Source of the DNA: Eubacteriales bacterium
GTDB lineage: Bacteria; Bacillota; Clostridia; Oscillospirales; CAG-272
Reading direction: 5' to 3'
DNA: 64,000 nucleotides
NCBI GenBank assembly: GCA_045653945.1
Contig: JAZOML010000066.1
Coordinates: 9,900 to 73,899 of the forward strand
Shown here in pieces: positions 33,261-42,112 of this stretch; position 1 is the first letter of the stretch, and the number at the start of each line of letters is the position of its first letter. The notes beneath the pieces are model-generated. The model saw nothing but the letters and a program-made list of their open reading frames with translations. It was not told where the DNA came from and ran no database searches. Made by a program: the position numbers and the translations under genes.

Positions 33261-33328
33261 CAGACGGTCGACTTTATTGCTCTTTGCTCCCACGCGGTTT
33301 TATCCGCTAATCCGTCAGTTACAAAGAA
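33257..33328 (-). promoter_or_regulatory. ZTP (pfl-motif) riboswitch aptamer
   Basis: The minus-strand RNA reads UUCUUUGUAACUGACGGAUUAGCGGAUAAAACCGCGUGGGAGCAAAGAGCAAUAAAGUCGACCGUCUGGGCA. P1 is UCUUUG/CAAAGA and P2 is GCGG/CCGC. The conserved ACUGACGG ... GACCGUCUGGGC pseudoknot pair is as in known ZTP riboswitches. It sits upstream of purine genes. Confidence 0.85.
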
Positions 33329-33343
33329 CCTTTTTCTAAATTG

Positions 33344-33372
33344 AGTATAACATATTTTAAAAAATATGTCAA
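33344..33372 (-). promoter_or_regulatory. Sigma-A-type promoter (TTGACA-17-TATACT) driving the ZTP leader
   Basis: Minus-strand hexamers at 33372-33367 and 33349-33344 with a 17-nt spacer. Confidence 0.7.
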
Positions 33373-33382
33373 GTAATATTTT

Positions 33383-35053
33383 TTATATTTTAAGCTTTGC
33401 GGCGATATTTTTCATACGCTCCTTATCCACCTTTAAAACCCTGCGGTCATAGGTGTAAAGACCGTTGGTTTCGTCCTCAACATCGGAAACCTGCGTGTAA
33501 ACAGAGGCGCAAAGTCCTTCTTTTACCAGCGGAATTACCTCGTTTTCGTAAAGCTTTTCAAGTGCATCCATAAAAAGTGCGCCGTCGTCGAATTTTTTGT
33601 AACCGTAGGTTTTGTCAAGATTAAAGGAGTGCTCGTCTAATTTATACGAATAACCGCCAAACTCCGATAAAACGGTAGGCTTGTCGCTTTTCTTTATTTT
33701 AACAGGCTTAAAATACACGTGAAGACTTGTAACGTCGCTCTTTTTTCCTGTAAACCAACCCGAAGTAGCATCAATAAAACGAGAACTGTCAATCTCCTTC
33801 ATAATTTCAAAAACCTTATCGGCATCAAACTGTCCCCAACCCTCGTTGAAAATTGTCCAATAACAAATGCAGGGATGATTTTGAAGCTGCCTTACTGTGC
33901 TTTTCATACCGTCGATAAATGCAACCTTAGTTTCCTTGCTCCTATGCAAAAGAAAATTTGGAAAACGCTTCATACCGATTGTGGGCAGTGCGGTATCACG
34001 GAAAAACGAGTATTTTCCATTGTTTACCATATCCTGAAAAACAACCATACCAAGACGGTCGCAATCGTAGTAAAACTGCTCAGGCTCAACCTTGATATGC
34101 TTGCGGAGCATATTGAATCCAAGCTCCTTCATAGCGAGAATATCGTTTTCAAAGCCCTTTTCAGTGGCAGGTGTAAAAATTCCGTCGGGGAAATACCCTT
34201 GGTCAAGAAGTCCGTGAAAAAAGTAGGGCTTCCCGTTAAGACAAAGTCGCAAAATACCGTCTACGCGTTTAATTTCAAGGGTACGCAATGCAAAATAGGA
34301 TTGCACCTCATCTTCGCCTGCAATCACTGTAAAATTGTAAAGACGAGGATTTTCGGGCGACCAATATTCAGGCGTGTCAATTTTTACGGTGGCAGCTCCG
34401 TTTACGATAGGGAATACCTTGCCCTCGCATATAACCTCGCCGTTAGAAATTGCGTTGACTTTAATAATCGCAGTGTCGTTTTCCGTCTTTATTTCAAGAG
34501 ACTCAATATACTTTTCCGGTACACTTTCAAGCCAAACGGTTTGCCAAATTCCGGTAACGGGAGTGTACCACATACCCCCTCGCCTTTCCTTTTGCTTTCC
34601 GTATGGGAGTACAGCCGTATCAAGCTCGTCGAAAACGTAAACGGTAAGCTCGTTTTCGGACATAAGCGCATCGGTAATATCAAAAGAAAAGCTCTCGTAA
34701 CCGCCTGCGTGCTCTCCGATTTCCTTTCCGTTTAAAAAAACACTTGCATACTGGTCAACTGCGCCAAAATGCAGTATAACTCGACTTTTAATAAAATTTT
34801 CGGGGAGAGTGAAGCGCTTTTGGTAAACAGGCGCAGGGCATTTACCCAGACGGCGTCCAATCCCTGACAAAAGCGATTCAGGGCAAAACGGCACTGTAAT
34901 TTTCTCGCAAGGGGCATCAATTCTTTCGTAAAAATCCCATTCACCGTTAAGACAGAAAAAAGAATTTCTGCGCATTTGCGGACGCGGATAGTAGTTATGC
35001 GGGATACCGCTTAAATTTTCACCCTCTACGGTATATAAATCGTTAATTTTCAA
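33383..35053 (-). CDS. Glycoside hydrolase family 2 (beta-galactosidase/glucuronidase/mannosidase class)
   Basis: 556 aa. TTG start after RBS AAGGAGA. Sugar-binding-domain motif FGAVDQYASVFLNGKEIGEH. TIM-barrel acid/base motif WTIFNEGWG. Confidence 0.85.
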   Translation of the reverse strand: MKINDLYTVEGENLSGIPHNYYPRPQMRRNSFFCLNGEWDFYERIDAPCEKITVPFCPESLLSGIGRRLGKCPAPVYQKRFTLPENFIKSRVILHFGAVDQYASVFLNGKEIGEHAGGYESFSFDITDALMSENELTVYVFDELDTAVLPYGKQKERRGGMWYTPVTGIWQTVWLESVPEKYIESLEIKTENDTAIIKVNAISNGEVICEGKVFPIVNGAATVKIDTPEYWSPENPRLYNFTVIAGEDEVQSYFALRTLEIKRVDGILRLCLNGKPYFFHGLLDQGYFPDGIFTPATEKGFENDILAMKELGFNMLRKHIKVEPEQFYYDCDRLGMVVFQDMVNNGKYSFFRDTALPTIGMKRFPNFLLHRSKETKVAFIDGMKSTVRQLQNHPCICYWTIFNEGWGQFDADKVFEIMKEIDSSRFIDATSGWFTGKKSDVTSLHVYFKPVKIKKSDKPTVLSEFGGYSYKLDEHSFNLDKTYGYKKFDDGALFMDALEKLYENEVIPLVKEGLCASVYTQVSDVEDETNGLYTYDRRVLKVDKERMKNIAAKLKI

Positions 35054-36344
35054 GCTTGCTCTCCTTTTTCTTTGAAAAGATAAACGTTAACGTGAGTATA
35101 ACACCAAGCACAAGTGCAACAATAAGTGCCCATAAGAAAATGTTTTCATTAGGCTTAAACGAGAAGGTGCCGTCATCGTTTTTAATTTGCTCGGCATTGC
35201 TAAGTACAGCAGAACCGATAGCAGGCCCGATAATACCGGGTATAAGCACCTGTCCGACAATTCGTAAGCCTTGGAACATACCGGCTTTGTTTTCGGGAGT
35301 GAGGTCGCGTATTTTAGCGCCGAAAACCGCCATACCCGAAAGGTAACCGCACATCATTAGAAGTGAGCCGATAAATACAAGTGCAGTAGCCTTGAAAAAG
35401 AATAGGATAATATATCCGACAATCAATAGCGAGAGTGCAGGAATAAGCGATTTTTTGTATCCTAGCTTATCATAGGCTCTACCCCAAAGTGCAGTAAAGA
35501 CCGATGCTAAAATTATAGCGGGTGCCATAATAAATACGTAGTCGGTCATTCCGAGAGAAACGGAATAGTACAGTATAAGATACGGCATAAAAATTTGTAT
35601 TGAAATGCCGAAAACAGCAAAGCAGATAAGGGTGATATAAAGAGAAGGATTACTCTTTATAACCGACGGTGTAAAGCCGTAAACAATATTTTTAAAATAT
35701 CCCTTGTTTTCCTCGGATTTAATAGTAGGCTCTTCAATTATAAATATACCCACAATACCGATAAGAATAACCGCTACACCTATAATTATAAAGATAGTAG
35801 TCCAGCTTGCCGCCTCGTCGAGGTTGAAGGACATAAATCCGCCGAAAACCGCTAAAATAGCAACAAGCGGCATCATAGCATTTATACCCTCAGCCTTACC
35901 TCGGTTGCTATCATCCGTAGAATCGGTAAGCCAAGCGTTGAACGCCGCATCGTTTGCACTTGAACCGAAAAAGGTCATAACGCAGTCCATAATAATAACT
36001 AAGGTTATAGCGATAGCTGCCGCACTTGCAACGGGAAATACAGAAGAAAGAATATCAGTTCTTATGAAAGCAAACGATAGAATTGAAATTCCCCAAAGAA
36101 TATATCCGCCGCACATAAATACCTTGCGCTTTCCTATCTTGTCCGAAAACGCACCGATAAGCAGTGTTGTAACCGTAGCGGCAATAGCACTTGCTGCAAC
36201 CATCGCCGAAATATCGGCGGCGCTCGCATTGAACATCTTGTAAATAAAAACGTTAAAATACATATTTTCAACGACCCAAGCGATTTGCCCCGTAAGGCTA
36301 AAAATCACAAGTACAAGGAAAAACTTTGCTTTACTTTTTTTCAT
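35043..36344 (-). CDS. MFS/GPH-type sugar transporter
   Basis: Start at ATG 36344. About 433 aa with 12 hydrophobic helices. SDKIGKRKVFM loop between TM2 and TM3. Overlaps the GH2 start by 11 nt. Confidence 0.8.
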   Translation of the reverse strand: MKKSKAKFFLVLVIFSLTGQIAWVVENMYFNVFIYKMFNASAADISAMVAASAIAATVTTLLIGAFSDKIGKRKVFMCGGYILWGISILSFAFIRTDILSSVFPVASAAAIAITLVIIMDCVMTFFGSSANDAAFNAWLTDSTDDSNRGKAEGINAMMPLVAILAVFGGFMSFNLDEAASWTTIFIIIGVAVILIGIVGIFIIEEPTIKSEENKGYFKNIVYGFTPSVIKSNPSLYITLICFAVFGISIQIFMPYLILYYSVSLGMTDYVFIMAPAIILASVFTALWGRAYDKLGYKKSLIPALSLLIVGYIILFFFKATALVFIGSLLMMCGYLSGMAVFGAKIRDLTPENKAGMFQGLRIVGQVLIPGIIGPAIGSAVLSNAEQIKNDDGTFSFKPNENIFLWALIVALVLGVILTLTFIFSKKKESKLEN

Positions 36345-36354
36345 AATAAAACCT

Positions 36355-36390
36355 CTCAAAAATGCCCTTATCAACTTTAATAAGGGCATA
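36355..36390 (-). terminator. Hairpin plus U-run between the PII-like gene and the MFS gene
   Basis: The minus-strand RNA reads AUGCCCUUAU-UAAAGUUG-AUAAGGGCAU followed by UUUUGAGAGG. The U-run runs into the MFS RBS. Confidence 0.6.
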
Positions 36391-36397
36391 ATATAAA

Positions 36398-36748
36398 TTA
36401 ATTTTCTGGCTTTGCGTCAGCTTTTTTAGTCTTTGGCGGTTCTGCAAGTCCCACTGTTGCATCAACGGGCATAGAAAAAGCAATTCCCTGCCCAGGAGTA
36501 TTAAGACCAACCGCCTTGTAAAGAGCGTGAAGAATATCGTTCTTTATTTCTTTTTGAACGAGTATCATAACAATTTCCTTTTCGGGCTGAACGGTTATTC
36601 CAAAAAGCTTTTCCGCTTCAAGACTAGCTGTACCTCTTGCGTGTATAACCGTACCGCCTCTTGCGCCGAATTCCTTTGCCGCATCCATAACGGCATCTGA
36701 GAATCCCGCATTAACTATACAAAATATAACCTCGTGCTTGTAAACCAT
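36398..36748 (-). CDS. PII-like signal-transduction protein (GlnB superfamily)
   Basis: Start at ATG 36748; the longer start would overlap the upstream gene. About 116 aa. The beta-alpha-beta pattern EVIFCIVNAGFSDAVMDAAKEFGARGGTVIHARG resembles PII. Confidence 0.65.
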   Translation of the reverse strand: MVYKHEVIFCIVNAGFSDAVMDAAKEFGARGGTVIHARGTASLEAEKLFGITVQPEKEIVMILVQKEIKNDILHALYKAVGLNTPGQGIAFSMPVDATVGLAEPPKTKKADAKPEN

Positions 36749-36764
36749 ATCCGTTACTTCCTTT

Positions 36765-37139
36765 CTATTTCGGTAAATTTGCAAGGAACTGATAGATTGC
36801 AACACCGATTGTTCCCGTCATCGGGATAGTGTAGGCAATGCCCTTGCCATTTTTGATTGTTTCAAATTTTTCTTCAAGCGTTTCAAGTGCGTTTTTAACC
36901 GTATCTTCCTTGATGACGCTGATAATTACGCCCTTTTCTGAGCTTGGTATACCGAGCATACGGAGTGTTTCCGCACTTGCAGTACCGACACCGTTAAGGA
37001 TAAGCTGCATATTTACCTCAAAGCCCTGCAAAATATCGGCGTAAAACTCAGTTTTTCGCCTGTCTACCACAGTAATAAGCAGCTTTAGCTTATGTGGTGC
37101 AGGAGCAGGAGTGGGTTTTGTTTTCGTTTGATTTCTCAT
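36765..37139 (-). CDS. PII-like signal-transduction protein (second paralog)
   Basis: 124 aa. The core reads LKLLITVVDRRKTEFYADILQGFEVNMQLILNGVGTAS. Confidence 0.6.
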   Translation of the reverse strand: MRNQTKTKPTPAPAPHKLKLLITVVDRRKTEFYADILQGFEVNMQLILNGVGTASAETLRMLGIPSSEKGVIISVIKEDTVKNALETLEEKFETIKNGKGIAYTIPMTGTIGVAIYQFLANLPK

Positions 37140-37157
37140 AGTCCACTGTTTCCTTTC

Positions 37158-38681
37158 CTACATAAAGCTGATAATTTGCTCATCGTCCGCCTCTAGTATG
37201 CGCTTCATAGCGATACGCTTACGCATATTCGACATAAAGATTGCACGGAAGCCGAGCAGCTGAATAGTGATAAGAGGAGTCATCGCAACCATAGCGACAA
37301 TTCCAAACGCAAGATTCATAACGTCGCCGCCAAGCGCATCGCAAAGACCGATTGCCATAGGTAAAATAAAACCTGAGGTGAGCGGGCCACTTGCGACTCC
37401 GCCCGAGTCAAACGCAATAGCCGTATAAAGACCTGGAACGAAGAAGGAAAGACCGAGTGAAATAAGATATCCCGGAACAACGTAGTAAAGGATGTTAAAT
37501 CCTAAAATAATGCGGATAACAGAAAGAGCAATTGAAATTCCGACACCGCACGAGAGCGCAATCATCATAGAACGCTTGCTAACAGTACCGTCGGTAATAT
37601 CCTCAACCTGCTTATTTAAAACCTGAACGGCAGGCTCGGCTAAAACTACAACCGTACCTAGAATAAATGCGAATACTATAACTATAACAGTGGGAGCATT
37701 CGCAAGAGATTGTCCGAGTTTAGAGCCGATAGGCATAAATCCAACGTTTACCGCGGTAAGGAAAATTACAAGTCCGAAAAGGGTATACGCAATACCTATA
37801 GCAATTCTCACAAGCTTCTTTTTTGGTAGCTTCAAAAAGAAAACTTGAAGAACTACGAAGAACACAACGATAAGTCCAAGAGCGAGCAGCACCTCGCCAA
37901 AGGTGTGAAATAGTGTTTCAAGAAGCGCAAAGCCAAGACTGTTTTCTATACTGTAATTTGGAACTGTGTAGGGAATATCTCCCGTAATACCTATACCGAG
38001 CATCATAACCGCAAGAATAGGTCCAACTGAGCACATAGCGATAAGACCGAAGCTGTTTTCACTTACGTTTTTACCGCCGAGTGTACCGGCAATACCAACA
38101 CCAAGCGCCATTATAAATGGTACGGTTATAGGGCCCGTTGTAACTCCGCCCGAATCAAAGGCAAGTCCAAGGAATTTTTCGTTACCATTTATGATAACCA
38201 AAGCGGCAAATGCAAAAAGCACTAAATAAAAGAATAGAAGTATTGCCGAAAGCTGCTTTTTGAATACCATTTTAAGAACGGAAACAAGCAAAAATGCTCC
38301 GACACCAATTCCAACCGCTATAATTAAAAGAAAGGAGCTTGGTATAACGTCGGAAACCTGCTCCGCAAGGACGGTAAGGTCAGGCTCGGCAATCGTTATG
38401 AGAAGTCCCATAACAAAACAAACGGAGAGAAGAAGTGAAATTTTTTTCGTTTTGGTAAGTCCTGCACCGATTTGCTCACCCATAGGCGTCATAGCAATAT
38501 CTGCCCCAAGACTGAAAAGCCCGATTCCGATTATAAGAAAAAACGCCGATACAAAAAAGACCGCAAGCTCCTTAAAGCTGAGGTTAAGTATCGGTGTGAA
38601 ATTTAAAATGATAACTATTATAGCAACAGGAAGCACTGAAAAAGCGGCTTCCTTGAATTTTTTTATAAGTGAACTATACAA
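37158..38681 (-). CDS. DUF1538-family polytopic membrane protein (two internal repeats)
   Basis: Start assigned to TTG 38681, which has RBS AGGAG 8 nt upstream. The ORF-track start at 38714 lies upstream of the predicted transcription start. Duplicated AFDSGGV(T/A)(T/S)GP motifs (LAFDSGGVTTGPITVPF and IAFDSGGVASGPLTSGF). Confidence 0.7.
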   Translation of the reverse strand: MYSSLIKKFKEAAFSVLPVAIIVIILNFTPILNLSFKELAVFFVSAFFLIIGIGLFSLGADIAMTPMGEQIGAGLTKTKKISLLLSVCFVMGLLITIAEPDLTVLAEQVSDVIPSSFLLIIAVGIGVGAFLLVSVLKMVFKKQLSAILLFFYLVLFAFAALVIINGNEKFLGLAFDSGGVTTGPITVPFIMALGVGIAGTLGGKNVSENSFGLIAMCSVGPILAVMMLGIGITGDIPYTVPNYSIENSLGFALLETLFHTFGEVLLALGLIVVFFVVLQVFFLKLPKKKLVRIAIGIAYTLFGLVIFLTAVNVGFMPIGSKLGQSLANAPTVIVIVFAFILGTVVVLAEPAVQVLNKQVEDITDGTVSKRSMMIALSCGVGISIALSVIRIILGFNILYYVVPGYLISLGLSFFVPGLYTAIAFDSGGVASGPLTSGFILPMAIGLCDALGGDVMNLAFGIVAMVAMTPLITIQLLGFRAIFMSNMRKRIAMKRILEADDEQIISFM

Positions 38682-38718
38682 GATTATAACTCCTGTGCAT
38701 AACAAATAGTACAAATTA

Positions 38719-38747
38719 AGTATAACATATACTATTAGTTAAGTCAA
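38719..38747 (-). promoter_or_regulatory. Sigma-A-type promoter (TTGACT-17-TATACT) for the DUF1538 operon
   Basis: Minus-strand hexamers at 38747-38742 and 38724-38719 with a 17-nt spacer. Confidence 0.6.
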
Positions 38748-38835
38748 TAGAATGAAAAATATTTTTAAAAACTTTATTTTTATTTAATAAAAAGAGTGTA
38801 TAATAATATTTGACAAAATGAAAGGAGAAGCTTTA

Positions 38836-40197
38836 GTGGACGAAAACAACAATCAAAATAATGAAAATTTAAACGAAAATACAGAAAATCAAACATTTTC
38901 TTCCGAAAATAAATCGAGCGCACCCGAAAACAGAGATTATACTCCGTACAAAACACCAAGCTACGGCTATAATCCTTATGCACAAATGGGAGGATATGGA
39001 TATAACGTCCCCCCACACCCCCAAAAAAAATCAAATAATAAGGTGCTTATCGGTATTATTATAGTCTTGAGCGCATTGCTACTTGTCGCTGTGATTCTGA
39101 TAGCGAGCGTTTTCGGGCCGGTGATATCCGAAATATATAGCAATAACTTAGGTAGTGATAGCTCTGTTGAGCTTCCCGAAGCTCTAAAAAGCGACGATAT
39201 GATATACGCTGATTTTCAGTTAAATCAGTCGCAAACTCCGGGAACGGCACACTCGACACTTGTAGACGCATACGAGGCAACGTATAAAACCTTTGTTGAA
39301 ATTAACACATCATCCGAAAAGGACGGTTCTATTGGCGCAGGCTCTGGTGTTATAATCAGCAAGATGAAAAATGGTATAGGTTATTATATTGTTACCAATA
39401 ACCACGTAGTCGAGGGCGCAACCAAAATCACCGTTAAGCTTCACGACGGCACGACCTACACTGCGGCAACAACCGTACTTCGTGATGAGCTTACCGACCT
39501 TGCGGTAATCTCGATTGCAGAAACCAAGGAGCTTCCAATTGCAAAGCTCGGTAAATCCGCAAATCTCCGTGTTGGCGAGAATATTTATATTATAGGAAAT
39601 CCGCTTGGCACCCTTGCTGGTACACTCACAAACGGCATTATTTCCTCAACGGTGCAGGAGCTTTATATTGAAAATCACTATATGGAGCTTATCCAAACAA
39701 ACGCTCAAATAAACCCCGGTAACTCGGGCGGCCCTATGTTCAATATGGCAGGTGAGCTTGTTGCGATAGTAAACGCAAAATACGCAGGTGTTGGTATTGA
39801 GGGTATCGGCTTTGCTATACCGATAGATAAAGCGGTAAATATCGTAACTCAAATGATTACAAAGGGATACGTCGAGGGTAGACATAACCTAGGCATAACA
39901 ACCGAGCATAACCTCTATGGAGTTGGCGGACTTTGGATATCGTCAATTGAAAAGGATTCAGCTCTTATTAAGGCAGGTATGCCGTATAAGTCAACCTACG
40001 TTTATATGATACACTCCATTAACGGTAAAGAATATATAAACGGTCAGCAGGCAAACGCCTATATCGATGAACGACTTGCTGCAGGCGATAATGTTTCAAT
40101 CACCGTTACGGTATATGAAATGACGTTTAGCGACCTTGAACCGATAGAACAAAAAACGTATAACGTAAAGCTTGAACAAAAGTTTGCAAATAAATAA
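38836..40197 (+). CDS. htrA: HtrA/DegP-family (S1C) membrane-anchored serine protease
   Basis: GTG 38836 follows RBS AAAGGAGA; ATG 38818 is an alternative start. Catalytic triad motifs TNNHVV, TDLAVI and GNSGGP. One TM helix after an Asn-rich N-terminus. C-terminal PDZ-like region. Confidence 0.88.
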   Translation: MDENNNQNNENLNENTENQTFSSENKSSAPENRDYTPYKTPSYGYNPYAQMGGYGYNVPPHPQKKSNNKVLIGIIIVLSALLLVAVILIASVFGPVISEIYSNNLGSDSSVELPEALKSDDMIYADFQLNQSQTPGTAHSTLVDAYEATYKTFVEINTSSEKDGSIGAGSGVIISKMKNGIGYYIVTNNHVVEGATKITVKLHDGTTYTAATTVLRDELTDLAVISIAETKELPIAKLGKSANLRVGENIYIIGNPLGTLAGTLTNGIISSTVQELYIENHYMELIQTNAQINPGNSGGPMFNMAGELVAIVNAKYAGVGIEGIGFAIPIDKAVNIVTQMITKGYVEGRHNLGITTEHNLYGVGGLWISSIEKDSALIKAGMPYKSTYVYMIHSINGKEYINGQQANAYIDERLAAGDNVSITVTVYEMTFSDLEPIEQKTYNVKLEQKFANK

Positions 40198-40207
40198 GTA
40201 TTACAAC

Positions 40208-40240
40208 AAAGAGGCTACTTGAAAAGTAGCCTCTTATTTT
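40208..40240. terminator. Bidirectional intrinsic terminator (htrA / GH13)
   Basis: AAGAGGCTACTT-GAAA-AGTAGCCTCTT with flanking A/T runs. Confidence 0.85.
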
Positions 40241-42062
40241 ATTCGTTGTAGGTGAATATTGCAAATTTGCCCTTGCCAAGCGAATAGCGGAAGCGTCCGT
40301 CATCACACGGCACACAGTTATCACCCGAAAATGCCTCAAAAAACGGCATATCGGAAACGAAAATTTTACTTGCGCCGAGATTTACCGCGCAGAGCGTCTT
40401 TCCTCTTTTAAAGAGGAATAAACCGTCCTTTGCCATTAAAACCTTGTATTCTCCGTCCTTAAAGCAAGAGATTGAAGAACGGATAGCACCAAGCTTTCTA
40501 TAAAATGAAAGAAGTGATTTGTCCGCCTTTGAATAGGCAAACGGCATACGGTTAAAGGGATCTCGTCCGCCCTCCATACCAATCTCATCACCGTAATAAA
40601 TGCAAGGATAACCGGGAAGCGTGTAGCAAAGAAACGCCGCAAGCTTAACCCTTTCGATAGCCTCTTTTCTCTTTGCAAGAGGCATACGGTAGGTGGATAG
40701 CTGACGGTTTGTCATATCAAGCGAACCGTCAAGGGAAAGCGTATTTAAAATTCGCTCGGTATCGTGAGTGCCGAGCAAATTCATAAGTGCATCACTTACA
40801 GCTTTTGGATAGTTGCGGTAGAGAAGTGCGGTTTCGCCTGCGATTTTCTCGGCATTTCCACTTAAAACGTAATCAATTATAGCGGTGCGAGTAGGATAGT
40901 TCATAACCGCGTCAAGCTGCTCGCCTTGAAAATAGGAGCGACGGTGATCGTACGCAATCTTGTCCGATGCGTCCTCCCAAACCTCACCTATAATGTAAGC
41001 GCTTGGGTTAATATCGTGCGAGGTTTGACGCAGCTGCTTAAGGAATTCATTTGAAAGCTCATCAGCAACGTCAAGTCGCCAGCCGTCAATACCTTTTTTC
41101 AGATAATGAGCGGCAACACCTTCTTTCCCGCATATAAACTCACGGAAAGAGTCGCTGTTTTTCTTTATGCAGGGGAGAATTTTAACGTCCCACCAACAAG
41201 TGTACCTGTCGGGGTAGTCCTTAAAATCATACCAATCGTAGTATGGCGATTCCTTGCTTTGATAAGCGCCCACAGAGTTATAATTTCCGTAACGGTTGAA
41301 ATAAACACTGTCATCGCCCGTGTGATTGAAAACGCCGTCAAGAACAACGTGCATATTTCTCTTTTTAAGCTCCGATATTAGCTCGTCAAGTGCCTCATCA
41401 CCGCCAAAGGCATCGTCAACCTTCAAATAGTCGCCAGTATCGTACTTGTGATTTGATGCTGCATCAAATATAGGATTTAAGTAAAGAGTAGTAACTCCAA
41501 GAGATTGCAAATAATCAAGCTTTTCGATTATACCGTAAAGCGTGCCGCCAAAAAAACAGTTATTTTTAAGCGGATCTCCGGGCTTTTCATTGAACTGAGG
41601 AATACCGTTTTCCCAATCCTCGTAAAGCTCCGTACCCTCTTTAAGCTTGTACGGGTGATTTTCGCTACGCGCAAAGCGGTCGCAAAAGATTTGATACATT
41701 ATACCGCCCTTTATCCAGTCGGGCGTTTCGTAGCCCCTTTTGAAAACGGTAACGTTATACGTTTCCACTTGCTCTCCAAAGGGAGTTTTGTAGATAAAAC
41801 GCAAAAAGTAAAGCCCTGCTTCATTTATATCCACGTCCGCGCGCCAAAAATCCTTGCCGTTTTTCATTTTAATCCAAGGACAAGGATATTTTTTTACTTT
41901 TCCGTCGCTATCGTTTACCACCTCAATATGTGGAGAAAATATACCGAGCCTGCGAGAGCTTTCAAAATCAAAAACTGCACTGCTACCCTCTGCAAACGCA
42001 AAGGAGGGCATTTTTTCGCCGTTTACCGTAAGTGAGGCATTAATAAGTTTACCTTGATTCAT
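40239..42062 (-). CDS. GH13 alpha-glucan hydrolase (neopullulanase/cyclomaltodextrinase-like)
   Basis: 607 aa. GH13 regions I DGVFNH, II GWRLDVADE, III IGEVWE and IV LLGTHDTER. Confidence 0.88.
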   Translation of the reverse strand: MNQGKLINASLTVNGEKMPSFAFAEGSSAVFDFESSRRLGIFSPHIEVVNDSDGKVKKYPCPWIKMKNGKDFWRADVDINEAGLYFLRFIYKTPFGEQVETYNVTVFKRGYETPDWIKGGIMYQIFCDRFARSENHPYKLKEGTELYEDWENGIPQFNEKPGDPLKNNCFFGGTLYGIIEKLDYLQSLGVTTLYLNPIFDAASNHKYDTGDYLKVDDAFGGDEALDELISELKKRNMHVVLDGVFNHTGDDSVYFNRYGNYNSVGAYQSKESPYYDWYDFKDYPDRYTCWWDVKILPCIKKNSDSFREFICGKEGVAAHYLKKGIDGWRLDVADELSNEFLKQLRQTSHDINPSAYIIGEVWEDASDKIAYDHRRSYFQGEQLDAVMNYPTRTAIIDYVLSGNAEKIAGETALLYRNYPKAVSDALMNLLGTHDTERILNTLSLDGSLDMTNRQLSTYRMPLAKRKEAIERVKLAAFLCYTLPGYPCIYYGDEIGMEGGRDPFNRMPFAYSKADKSLLSFYRKLGAIRSSISCFKDGEYKVLMAKDGLFLFKRGKTLCAVNLGASKIFVSDMPFFEAFSGDNCVPCDDGRFRYSLGKGKFAIFTYNE

Positions 42063-42112
42063 AGTTTACCTTAATTTAAGTCCTTGCCCAATAGAGCAAG
42101 GACTTAAAGCTC

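Noticed and set aside
30245-34735. Long antisense ORFs (30245-31126 minus, 31273-32262 plus, 33719-34735 plus)
   Set aside because: Each lies opposite a well-supported gene (purine permease, PurH-like, GH2). None has family resemblance or translation signals.
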